From Bacteroidales bacterium (GTDB lineage Bacteria; Bacteroidota; Bacteroidia; Bacteroidales; JAADJA01), in the NCBI GenBank assembly GCA_026984135.1, contig JALSSR010000090.1, positions 2,451 to 66,450 on the forward strand: 64,000 nucleotides of DNA, read 5' to 3'. Each line of letters opens with the position of its first letter. The stretch's first letter is position 1. This document shows positions 29,301 to 35,641 of this stretch, one piece after another. The position numbers were made by a program, and so were the translations under genes. The notes under the pieces are model-generated. The model did not search any database. It was not told where the DNA came from and saw nothing but the letters and a program-made list of their open reading frames with translations.

Positions 29301-29526
29301 AAACATACAATTTTCTCTGAAAGAAAATAATGATGTTACTATTGTGGTGTACAATATTACAGGTCAAATGATCTATAATATAACAAAAAAATATAATACC
29401 GGTATTCACACTTTTGAATGGAAAGGAATGGATAATAAAGGCAAAAGACTTGAAAGCGGATTTTATTTTATAAAAGTTTCATCAGGGAATGATGTAAAAA
29501 TTAATAAAATACAAATTTTGCAATAA
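23305..29526 (+). CDS. Giant (2073 aa) secreted right-handed beta-helix repeat protein with six repeated modules, a dockerin-like domain, a cohesin-like domain and a Por/T9SS CTD
   Basis: A signal peptide is present. A motif of the form FTSxKDDxxGGDTNxDGxxxxPxxGDWxGIxF recurs six times between ~24860 and ~28210. Dockerin, cohesin and CTD are listed as separate features or coordinates. The CTD spans 29257-29523 (LNIFPNPFKE...GFYFIKVSSGNDVKINKIQILQ). Confidence 0.9.
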   Translation: MKKLLHFTSMAIVFAVMFSGLDVFAQTPISGTFATDSTLSLAQSPYVVTGNITIPDTVTLTVEDNVVVQFNSSRSLTIYGDLIADNATFTSSSGSPGPGSWNYIYFGSSSHSASATINNCTFEYARGMIITNGTININGSTIENFYYNAIECYDTLNLVSSDINLPTYHSSYGNGILAGANSVVDLETVSITGCKYSIQLSDVSSKVTVSNNSVLSGAQYEAIRNYGELTISNTDISNTGNNYTAIYCYTNSTANLNNINIGQCGYGIRTQANTMVTIENSTIVGAYNYAIYANGDITASNIDIDMATYPNGGTGFYALGNSICDLDHINILNCSYGFYFSGNTTITVDTATITNVYNYGIYTAGFTTLNSVNIDMTGYNTNDEYGYGVYCIGGTLTADNIEVINGNTGLAMNNDYGTPDVSFSNANLTQNIWPVRYKNEAKLELSGTNNFSGNDREAFYVQFQNVYDTITFPSVNMPYWFYSYFYVRETGKLTIGSNNILKPNNYFYVYGTLIADAAPGEHIYFTSRYDDNWGGDTNDDGPATSPAPGNWTGILFLDNSKDTECVLDNCKIRYASYGVYTDNASPEIDSCNFSFNNYGAYFQGDSDPVFTNNIIGSSEQVPIAMSFEADPVFLNNEFSFSDNEYDAIGLIGGTMTNDAVIKKRNVTGIPNVTYLMLDNITIPDTLTLTIEKGVVIKAYHNSNNYRNIIVNGTLIANGTADSLIVFTSVKDDNHGNPNDTNKDGTATYPAKGDWGGIVFASGSSNSVMNYCVVNYANINNAPSYYGQSVTGYAISIINANPTISNCEIKDVSRGIGCFQVSDPVLSDNEIINTDYTPFSVSSTSNPVFSGNVFTNTGQTGLGLIGGTLSINGTIAKRDVGGYSNITYVLQNSITVDGGTYLDIEPGVVIKSNGQGFAVNGGFRAIGTETERIVLTSIRDDNYGNPTDTNNDGASSTPSPGQTGSIYFYETSDDDYCKLENFDFLYPSGISCNNSNPEFNSSNILYISGTGVDCQGTASPVLKHLVISGASNTGQYGIYCSGSASPIVDTVTIQSMNYTDSNYGGNGIACAGTSSPVFNFVSIENCRFDPIKMSLLSNPTFNDISFIANGSSGIRLLEGYLNSDAYLPQRSIAGITNIAYIINALTIAQNVTLTVEPGVVFKVDAKSGYHNTYDQIDIMGTFICEGEENNKIIFTSIKDDSAGGDTNNDGNASSPAKGDWEGLRFYSTATDPANIVKHCEIRYAGNSPNTYESPWYYNGYNSGSVKILNVNPKIDSCSIELSETTAFGIFGTASPTISNNNIYNIDGYPIYMDMFSDPVFSNNTVLNVGGMALQIRNQNYSVSDTIPQRNFAGYNNITYYGGGGTIAFGTTLTIPEGVIFKEANFTVRGKINVLGTETNPVVFTRLEDDDFGNPQDTQQNGYTTPSPSGTGFTFYDESDDASIINNAIIRYKSTGISMTSASPQITNVYFEHFSNSNNTYGLGLSLNGVSNPILDNCTFNDTHIPFSTSILSYPASTLNNVLTGNTWKAIRINNETLTQDVTLPKRNYAGINNIPYIFSGYSIGTSATLTIEPGVVLKFKDNASINVYKGFIAVGGSTPDSTIVFTSYKDDFYGGDTNSDSIATIPSYTDWNGIVFQNESLDPLCQLEHCVFKYAGYYQTYEQNRLGAIRTYSASPTIQHCSFTDNYYGIILSGASDPAVNNCDFDNIQYKAINNLDQTFTINAEYNWWGDNSGPEHTGNPGGTGQEVSDGVDYIPWLANGTANPVMGDVSLNGAIQAYDASLILFYVVDPVNHPLNATQQLVAETSGNGSITSYDAALILQYVVGIIDYFPAELESIIPPKIPEGQLNIGNNSATLGEEFTVPLIISNISDAISLQIDLGFDSELLEVTNIETTAPQMTSNSGFDNQSGQIKLAFAGYDNIESNLTIANITFKVVGNVTGTILTPVIINEFIANETDLTENSNPGLIEISGLATGLDNTQSSNQISYLNIFPNPFKESTNIQFSLKENNDVTIVVYNITGQMIYNITKKYNTGIHTFEWKGMDNKGKRLESGFYFIKVSSGNDVKINKIQILQ
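28603..28782 (+). other. Dockerin-like duplicated segment within the giant protein
   Basis: The two segments are GDVSLNGAIQAYDASLILFYVV ... SGNGSITSYDAALILQYVVGI. Each is a Ca-loop followed by a helix. Confidence 0.6.
28840..29217 (+). other. Cohesin-like domain within the giant protein
   Basis: The sequence is QLNIGNNSATLGEEFTVPLIISNISDAISLQIDLGFDSELLEV...GQIKLAFAG...IANITFKVVGNVTG...GLIEISG. This fits the cohesin sequence pattern by eye. Confidence 0.55.
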
Positions 29527-29616
29527 GTATTTGTGAGTAATAACACCTTTAGACTCTTTGCTTTTGTTGCGTTCACCTTACCGGAAAGTGGAGGGTCAAG
29601 GTAAAAAACAAAAAAT

Positions 29617-31998
29617 ATGAAAAAATACTTTATATTGATTTTTGGAGCCTTCTTATTCGGGAATATAATTTACGCCTCTGATATTCAGGTTCGTATTCCG
29701 GACACAACTTGTGCTGTCGGTGATACAATACTAATTCCTGTTTATGTTGATAGTACTTTGACCGGAGAAAACGTTTATTCTTATCAGTTACAGCTGCAAT
29801 TCAATTCAGGATATATAAATCCTGTTGATATTATTATTGCAGGTACAATGACTAACTCCTGGGGCACACCTATATATAACGCAACTCAAAATAAAATTAC
29901 CATTGCGGCAGCAGGAACATCAGTTCTTTCAGGAACAGGGATTTTGTGTTATATTAAATTTAAGACGGTTACATCCGGCGGAACCTATATTAACTTTACT
30001 TCTTCTCAATACAATTTTTTTAATGAAGGCGAACCCTCTATGATTACTGATAATGGTTATATTTCTATCTCATCTTTGCCAAATCCGTACATTACCGTTA
30101 CACCAAACTCAGGATTAATAACAAAAGGTGAAACATTACAATTGTATGTAAGCGGAGGTACAGCACCATATTCATGGTCGGTAACAAACCCTTCGGTCGC
30201 CAGTATTTCCAGTACAGGATTGCTGACCGCTACTGCACACGGTTTTACAAAAGTAGTGGCTGAAGATGCAGCCGGCATAATTGACACAACAAATTCGGAT
30301 ATCGAGATAAGAGCTTTTGAGCTTTCGGTACACGATACTACCGCATGGCAAGGCAGCAATATCAGTATTCCTGTTTATGTTACCGACTTGACAGGATTGG
30401 ATGTGATTTCTGGATTTTTCCGTATTACCTTCAACCAAAACATCTTGGTCCCCGTAACTTACGAAACTGCCGGGACTTTACTGGAAACATCGTCAAATGT
30501 GGTTTACAACAATTCTTCACAAGGGGAGATTTCAATTGCCTTTGCAGGGACAACTTCCTTGTCGGGAAGTGGTGTGCTGCTATATTTGAATTTTGATGTT
30601 TCGGCCTCATACTCCGGCAGTACATGGCTGAATTTTTATGATGTAAGTTTCAATGAAGGGCTTTTGGGAAATTCTGACAATGGATATTTTTCCACGATCA
30701 ATTTCTCTAATATAACGGTTTCGCCTTCTTATGCAACACTTATTGCCGGCGAAACACTTCAGTTTTCGGCAAGCGGAGGGATTGCCCCCCATATTTGGTC
30801 AACCTCAAACAGCATAGTTGCAACTATTGATGAAAGCGGTTTACTTACTGCCCATAGAAGCGGGACCGTCCAGGTAATTGCTACCGATCAGGTAGGGGCT
30901 TCGGGTAGCAGTGGCAATATTACCGTTTACGACACTTATGTTACGATACCGGATGCTGAGGCAATTTTGAATTCGCAGTTTGATTTGCCTGTGTTGATAG
31001 GTGATTTACCTGCAGGGGAGCAAATCAGTGGTATCGAGGGCACAATTTCGTTCAGGTCGCCGGAGTTGACCGCCATTGATATAATAACCGAAGGAACCCT
31101 CTCGGAAGGTTGGACATTTGCAAAAATGTCATCGGGTAATTCTATCATTTTTGCAGGAGCAGGTACTAACCAATTTGATACGGCAGGAGTAATGTTTAAA
31201 GTAAGATTCCAGCTCAATCCTGAATTAACAACCAATGAATATGCTTATGTAAATATTACAGATTTAACTTTGAGTGAAGGTATTCCTTTACCAAAAATCA
31301 CAAATGGAAGTATTACAGGCAGAGCAGGATTCTACATAAATATTAAAACTAATCTTCAAGGTAGTTTCATTAATTCTGAAATGAGAACATCTTTAAATCC
31401 TCAATATGTTCCTAATTATCAACCCTATAATTCCAATCCATGGTATTATTATGGGAATGAACATTTCAGTTATTCTCCTATTAATGCCGTAGATTGGGTA
31501 CTTGTAGAACTAAGAGAAACTGCCGGTGATGTCTCAACGGCTACTACGTCTACACGTATTGCTCGAAAAGCGGCTTTATTGACAAAGAACGGAAATATTA
31601 CAGCACTTGACGGATATAGTAATCTGTTGTTCTCAAGTAGTGTTTCCGATAGTCTTTTTGTTGTTATTTGGCACCGCAATCATTTGCCTGTCATATCTTC
31701 TCAGGCATTAACTTTATCAGGCGGCATTTACACCTATGACTTTACAACAGACAGTACAAAGGCATACGGAGGAACTGCTGCTCAAACAGAATTGATACCG
31801 GGAATTTGGGGCATATATTCGGGTGATGCCAATGCAGACGGGACTATTGATAATAGTGATTATTTGCTTTGGAAAACGGATGCGGGTAAAAGCGGATATA
31901 TGCCAACGGATTTCAATCTTAACGGTGAAACGGAGAATGTTGATAAAAACAACAAATGGTATATGAATAAAGGTAAAACCAGCCAAGTACCGGAATAA
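29617..31998 (+). CDS. Scaffoldin-like secreted protein: cohesin - Big_2 - cohesin - Big_2 - cohesin - shared dockerin-like C-terminal module
   Basis: The signal peptide is MKKYFILIFGAFLFGNIIYA. Cohesin-like segments lie at ~29680-30069, 30301-30700 and 30919-31320. Big_2-like segments are ITVTPNSGLITKGETLQLYVSGG...LLTATAHG and ITVSPSYATLIAGETLQFSASGG...LLTAHRSG. The protein ends ...NKGKTSQVPE. Confidence 0.85.
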   Translation: MKKYFILIFGAFLFGNIIYASDIQVRIPDTTCAVGDTILIPVYVDSTLTGENVYSYQLQLQFNSGYINPVDIIIAGTMTNSWGTPIYNATQNKITIAAAGTSVLSGTGILCYIKFKTVTSGGTYINFTSSQYNFFNEGEPSMITDNGYISISSLPNPYITVTPNSGLITKGETLQLYVSGGTAPYSWSVTNPSVASISSTGLLTATAHGFTKVVAEDAAGIIDTTNSDIEIRAFELSVHDTTAWQGSNISIPVYVTDLTGLDVISGFFRITFNQNILVPVTYETAGTLLETSSNVVYNNSSQGEISIAFAGTTSLSGSGVLLYLNFDVSASYSGSTWLNFYDVSFNEGLLGNSDNGYFSTINFSNITVSPSYATLIAGETLQFSASGGIAPHIWSTSNSIVATIDESGLLTAHRSGTVQVIATDQVGASGSSGNITVYDTYVTIPDAEAILNSQFDLPVLIGDLPAGEQISGIEGTISFRSPELTAIDIITEGTLSEGWTFAKMSSGNSIIFAGAGTNQFDTAGVMFKVRFQLNPELTTNEYAYVNITDLTLSEGIPLPKITNGSITGRAGFYINIKTNLQGSFINSEMRTSLNPQYVPNYQPYNSNPWYYYGNEHFSYSPINAVDWVLVELRETAGDVSTATTSTRIARKAALLTKNGNITALDGYSNLLFSSSVSDSLFVVIWHRNHLPVISSQALTLSGGIYTYDFTTDSTKAYGGTAAQTELIPGIWGIYSGDANADGTIDNSDYLLWKTDAGKSGYMPTDFNLNGETENVDKNNKWYMNKGKTSQVPE
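31330..31995 (+). other. Third, diverged copy of the shared C-terminal module
   Basis: The sequence VDWVLVELRE...ALLTKNGNITALDG...LFVVIWHRNHLPVIS...GGIYTYDFT...GIWGIYSGDANADGTIDNSD...DFNLNGETENVDKNN...GKTSQVPE aligns along its length with 14456-15127 and 18269-18940. Confidence 0.75.
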
Positions 31999-32027
31999 AC
32001 GAACGGTTAATGAAAAGGAAGGAATGA

Positions 32028-32050
32028 GGGGGCAATATTTTGCCCCTTTT
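32028..32050. terminator. Terminator between the convergent scaffoldin-like gene and gltS
   Basis: GGGGCAA (32029-32035) pairs with TTGCCCC (32040-32046) and is followed by TTTT. Confidence 0.7.
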
Positions 32051-32129
32051 ACCTTTTATAGCAATTTTCATATAACTTTATCAATAGATTAACCTTTAAA
32101 ATGTAACCGGTCAATTAATAGATAAATAT

Positions 32130-33332
32130 TTACCCGAGCCACATTAAAATAATATTAATCACAACCGCATTGCTAACCTGAATTATAAAAGCTCCCACAA
32201 TCGGGATTACGGCAAAGGCAACCGGTGAGGGTCCGTGTTCTTTAGTTACGGCAGCCATATTTGCCATTGCAGTTGGAGTGGCTCCCATTGCCGAGCCAAT
32301 ATATCCGGCTGATATTACTGCCGCCGTATAATCTCTTCCCAAAACCCTGAATATTATAAATACGGAGAACAGAAGTATTGCAATTGTTTGCAAAAGCAAA
32401 CTTACTATAATAAACAAGGATTCCGACCCCAATTCCCAGAATTTCAGAGCCATCATAGCCATAGCCAGAAACAGTCCCAAACTTAAATCCGACGTGATGG
32501 CCAACGTTGGAGAATGTGCGGGACAATTCAATTTCGGAATGAGTAACGGGATAAGGTTGGCCAGGATAACTCCTCCCAGCATACAGGTGGCAAAAAGCGG
32601 AAGAGTGAAATTTACATATTCCAGAAGATTATGAATATAGATGCCTATACCGATAGATAGAGCAAGAATCAGTAATACTTTTAATATTGAATTGTAGTCA
32701 ATAACAGGATTTTTCCCATGTTTAGTGCCGATTGTTATTTCACCCTCCGTATCATCGGGCTTAAGATTGTACTTTTTAATCAGGAATTTTGCAACCGGGC
32801 CGCCCAACACACCTCCTATAATTAATCCGAATGTTGCGGATATCATCCCTATTTCCATAGCGTTGGTAATAGAGAATTTTTCGTTTATGATAGGTGCCCA
32901 GGAAACGATATTTCCGTGCCCGCCTTGCAGGGCAGCCGATCCTGCGAGTACACCGGTAACAGGATTAACATTAAATAGTTTTGCAATAAAAATACCGATG
33001 TAATTTTGCAGAAAGATATAAGCAACGGCAAAAAGTGTCAGTATTAGAAGTGTTTTGCCTCCTTTTAAAATACTTTTAATCTCCGTTGACATTCCTATTG
33101 CAGTAAAGAAAACAATGAGCAGAATATCACGATAATGTTTTGAAAATTCTATATTTATGTGAAACAACAGATAAAGAAGCCCGAAAAACAAAGAAGCCAC
33201 AAGACCGCCGGTGACGGGCTCCGGAATGTTGTATTTGCGTAAGACATCTATCTTCCTGTTGATGTATTTTCCGAGGAAAAGTACCAGGATTGCCGCTACT
33301 ATCGTTTGTCTTGAATCGAGATTCAGTACCAT
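32130..33332 (-). CDS. gltS: Sodium/glutamate symporter GltS
   Basis: This is a 400-aa polytopic membrane protein. Its N-terminus, LDSRQTIVAAILVLFLGKYINRKIDVLRKYNIPEPVTGGL, matches the GltS family pattern. Confidence 0.85.
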   Translation of the reverse strand: MVLNLDSRQTIVAAILVLFLGKYINRKIDVLRKYNIPEPVTGGLVASLFFGLLYLLFHINIEFSKHYRDILLIVFFTAIGMSTEIKSILKGGKTLLILTLFAVAYIFLQNYIGIFIAKLFNVNPVTGVLAGSAALQGGHGNIVSWAPIINEKFSITNAMEIGMISATFGLIIGGVLGGPVAKFLIKKYNLKPDDTEGEITIGTKHGKNPVIDYNSILKVLLILALSIGIGIYIHNLLEYVNFTLPLFATCMLGGVILANLIPLLIPKLNCPAHSPTLAITSDLSLGLFLAMAMMALKFWELGSESLFIIVSLLLQTIAILLFSVFIIFRVLGRDYTAAVISAGYIGSAMGATPTAMANMAAVTKEHGPSPVAFAVIPIVGAFIIQVSNAVVINIILMWLG

Positions 33333-33334
33333 TA

Positions 33335-34513
33335 TTACAAGAACTTTAACGGTGATATGAGACCAATCATAATATTACCGGTATTATAGTCCTTAAAAGT
33401 AAATTCGGGACGTGATTTGGCATAATCGGAATATTTATAATAGCGTCCCACATATCCCAGAAAGAACTTAAAATCAAAGTCTTCCCACGGGAAATATTCA
33501 ATTGTGGGAATAAAACTGTAAACAGTCCTGAATCTGTCTTCGGTTTTTAGCGGGTCAAGGTCATCTTTCCAGTCGGCAAAATCAACAAAAGCATCCAGAC
33601 ATAAATGCCATTTTTTATTGAATTTATAAGTTGCACGAACCCAATGGCTTTGATAAAGAGTGTTTTTGACAGCATAATTATACAGATTGTCGGGTATTTC
33701 ATCGCTTATTATACCTGTTCTGTCAATGCCTTCCTGACTTATTTTGTAGTCGTAAGCCAAATCGAAATGCTTTGATTTAAACTGGTTACCGAGTGCTATA
33801 TAATTTTTTCCGTAATTTTTTGCTTCGGTAAAATATGAATACGACCAGATTGTGGAAATCTTTCCGCCCCAGAAACTTCCTCTCCAGTTAAAGACAAAAG
33901 CAAGAGGAGCTTTAGAGGCAACAACGTCGGGAACCGTATCATATATATCATCAAATGATCCTGTTCTGGAGTTGAGAATCTGGAATCCGAAATTATGATT
34001 GTCATTGACTTTGAAGTGTAACTCGGCGCCTGTCAGGAAATTATCAGCCATCTCGATGATGTCGGAATAGACATAGATATCAATCGGATTCAGGTCAAAT
34101 TCAATTCCTCCCCAGTCGGCATAAGTCTTCCCAAGTGTAAGCTTCCATTTGTCGCTTAAAGTAAATACGAGGTAAGCAAAATCAACACCTTTGATGATTT
34201 TATCAATGGATTGGGGTTCAAATGTGCTTGTGAAACGATGACGAAAACGGAAATAAATGTTTTTATGAAGATAGCCTTTTATTTCCATTCTGAATTGCTC
34301 AAATTTGAATTTTGAGCCCATATATTCCCCGTTCGTAAAATCATTTCTGAATGCCAGTTGAGTATTGGCAAACATATCAATATTACGAAGCAAGTTTTGC
34401 TTATCTTCGGGAATTATGCTTCTATAGGTTATATTATCATCCGATTGCATTTGCTGGGCTTTGCCCAGGCTCAAAATACTCAAAAATACGATTAATAATA
34501 GTTTTGATTTCAT
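33335..34513 (-). CDS. Outer-membrane beta-barrel porin (OprO/P-like)
   Basis: The signal peptide is MKSKLLLIVFLSILSLGKAQ. The body has alternating amphipathic strands rich in aromatic residues, ending ...SPLKFL. The gene lies 2 nt upstream of gltS. Confidence 0.6.
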   Translation of the reverse strand: MKSKLLLIVFLSILSLGKAQQMQSDDNITYRSIIPEDKQNLLRNIDMFANTQLAFRNDFTNGEYMGSKFKFEQFRMEIKGYLHKNIYFRFRHRFTSTFEPQSIDKIIKGVDFAYLVFTLSDKWKLTLGKTYADWGGIEFDLNPIDIYVYSDIIEMADNFLTGAELHFKVNDNHNFGFQILNSRTGSFDDIYDTVPDVVASKAPLAFVFNWRGSFWGGKISTIWSYSYFTEAKNYGKNYIALGNQFKSKHFDLAYDYKISQEGIDRTGIISDEIPDNLYNYAVKNTLYQSHWVRATYKFNKKWHLCLDAFVDFADWKDDLDPLKTEDRFRTVYSFIPTIEYFPWEDFDFKFFLGYVGRYYKYSDYAKSRPEFTFKDYNTGNIMIGLISPLKFL

Positions 34514-34537
34514 AATTTTTATTTAATAGGGTCACTA

Positions 34538-35611
34538 TCAATAATCAATGAAAAGTTGCTGTAATTCCTCTCTGGTTCTGTTTTTATCCTGTTGCAATGC
34601 AAGCATAAGCAGTATCCGTGCTTTTTGGGGGTTAAGCTCATCGGATGCAATTGTTCCGTACTTTTCATCATCAACCTCACCATGGATAAGAACAGCACCG
34701 GTAGGGACTCTTGCGCTACGAACCACAGGGATACCTTTTTCGGTTGCTCTTTTTGCCGCTTCCAGTGTTGCAGTTGTCATATTTCCGTCTCCGACACCAG
34801 CCACAACAATGCCTTTTGCTCCGGCTTTAACCATTATGTCAATAAGGTCGGGAGACATATCAGCACAACCATAGACAATATCAACACGCGGCAGACTTTT
34901 GATGCCGTCGGCAGAAAACCGGCTTTTTGTAGTATTTAAACCGTGAGGATAGTGATAAAAAGTAACCTCCCCGAAATTAACATCACCAAGTTGACCGTGC
35001 ATAGGAGCTTCAAAAGTTTCAACATTTGTAGTATTCATTTTCGTTACCGAGTGTGCACCAAAGATTTTATCGTTCATAACAACCATAACTCCGTGGTCTT
35101 TTGATTCGGGTGAAGCTGCAACTGCAACTGCATTGTAAAGGTTAAGAGGCCCTTCGGCACTTAGTGCGGTGGACGGACGCATAGAGCCGGTTAAAACAAC
35201 AGGCTTATTGCTTTTTACAACAAGGTTTAGAAAATAGGCGGTTTCTTCCTGTGTGTCGGTACCGTGTGTAATAACAATACCGTCAACGTCGCCAGCAAGC
35301 AACTCATTGATACGGTTTGCGAGATCAAGCCATATTTTCACACTCATATCCTGTGAACCCACATTTGAAATTTGTTCGCCTGACAAGTCGGCAAGTTTAC
35401 GGATATTAGGCACGGCATCAATCATAGATTCAATGGTAACCTTTCCGGATGTGTAAGAAGACCCGGTTGAACTTTCACCGGAACCTGCTATTGTGCCTCC
35501 GGTTGCCAGAATAATGACCTTGGGAAGTTTTTTCTCCTGCGAAAAACCGTTTTGAATAAATGCAAAAAGTAAAACTGAAATAAATGCGAAATTAAAAATT
35601 TGTTTTTTCAT
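34538..35611 (-). CDS. ansB: Periplasmic L-asparaginase, type II
   Basis: A signal peptide is present. The motifs are ILATGGTIAGSG and ITHGTDTQEETAYFLNL. Confidence 0.9.
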   Translation of the reverse strand: MKKQIFNFAFISVLLFAFIQNGFSQEKKLPKVIILATGGTIAGSGESSTGSSYTSGKVTIESMIDAVPNIRKLADLSGEQISNVGSQDMSVKIWLDLANRINELLAGDVDGIVITHGTDTQEETAYFLNLVVKSNKPVVLTGSMRPSTALSAEGPLNLYNAVAVAASPESKDHGVMVVMNDKIFGAHSVTKMNTTNVETFEAPMHGQLGDVNFGEVTFYHYPHGLNTTKSRFSADGIKSLPRVDIVYGCADMSPDLIDIMVKAGAKGIVVAGVGDGNMTTATLEAAKRATEKGIPVVRSARVPTGAVLIHGEVDDEKYGTIASDELNPQKARILLMLALQQDKNRTREELQQLFIDY

Positions 35612-35641
35612 TTTATTGATATTTTTAAAGTTAATAAATTA

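Noticed and set aside
29527-29616. I considered a terminator or regulatory hairpin between the giant gene and the scaffoldin-like gene.
   Set aside because: Only a 5-bp ACCTT/AAGGT pairing is present and no T-run follows. The two genes are more likely co-transcribed.
886-31986. I considered the many 60-170-aa ORFs nested inside or antisense to the giant genes, such as 886-1083, 984-1319, 1720-2184, 3280-3921, 12165-12503, 22089-22601, 22850-23227 and 30057-30359.
   Set aside because: They are shadow ORFs of long, well-supported coding frames. They have low-complexity or Cys/Arg-rich translations and no independent signals.
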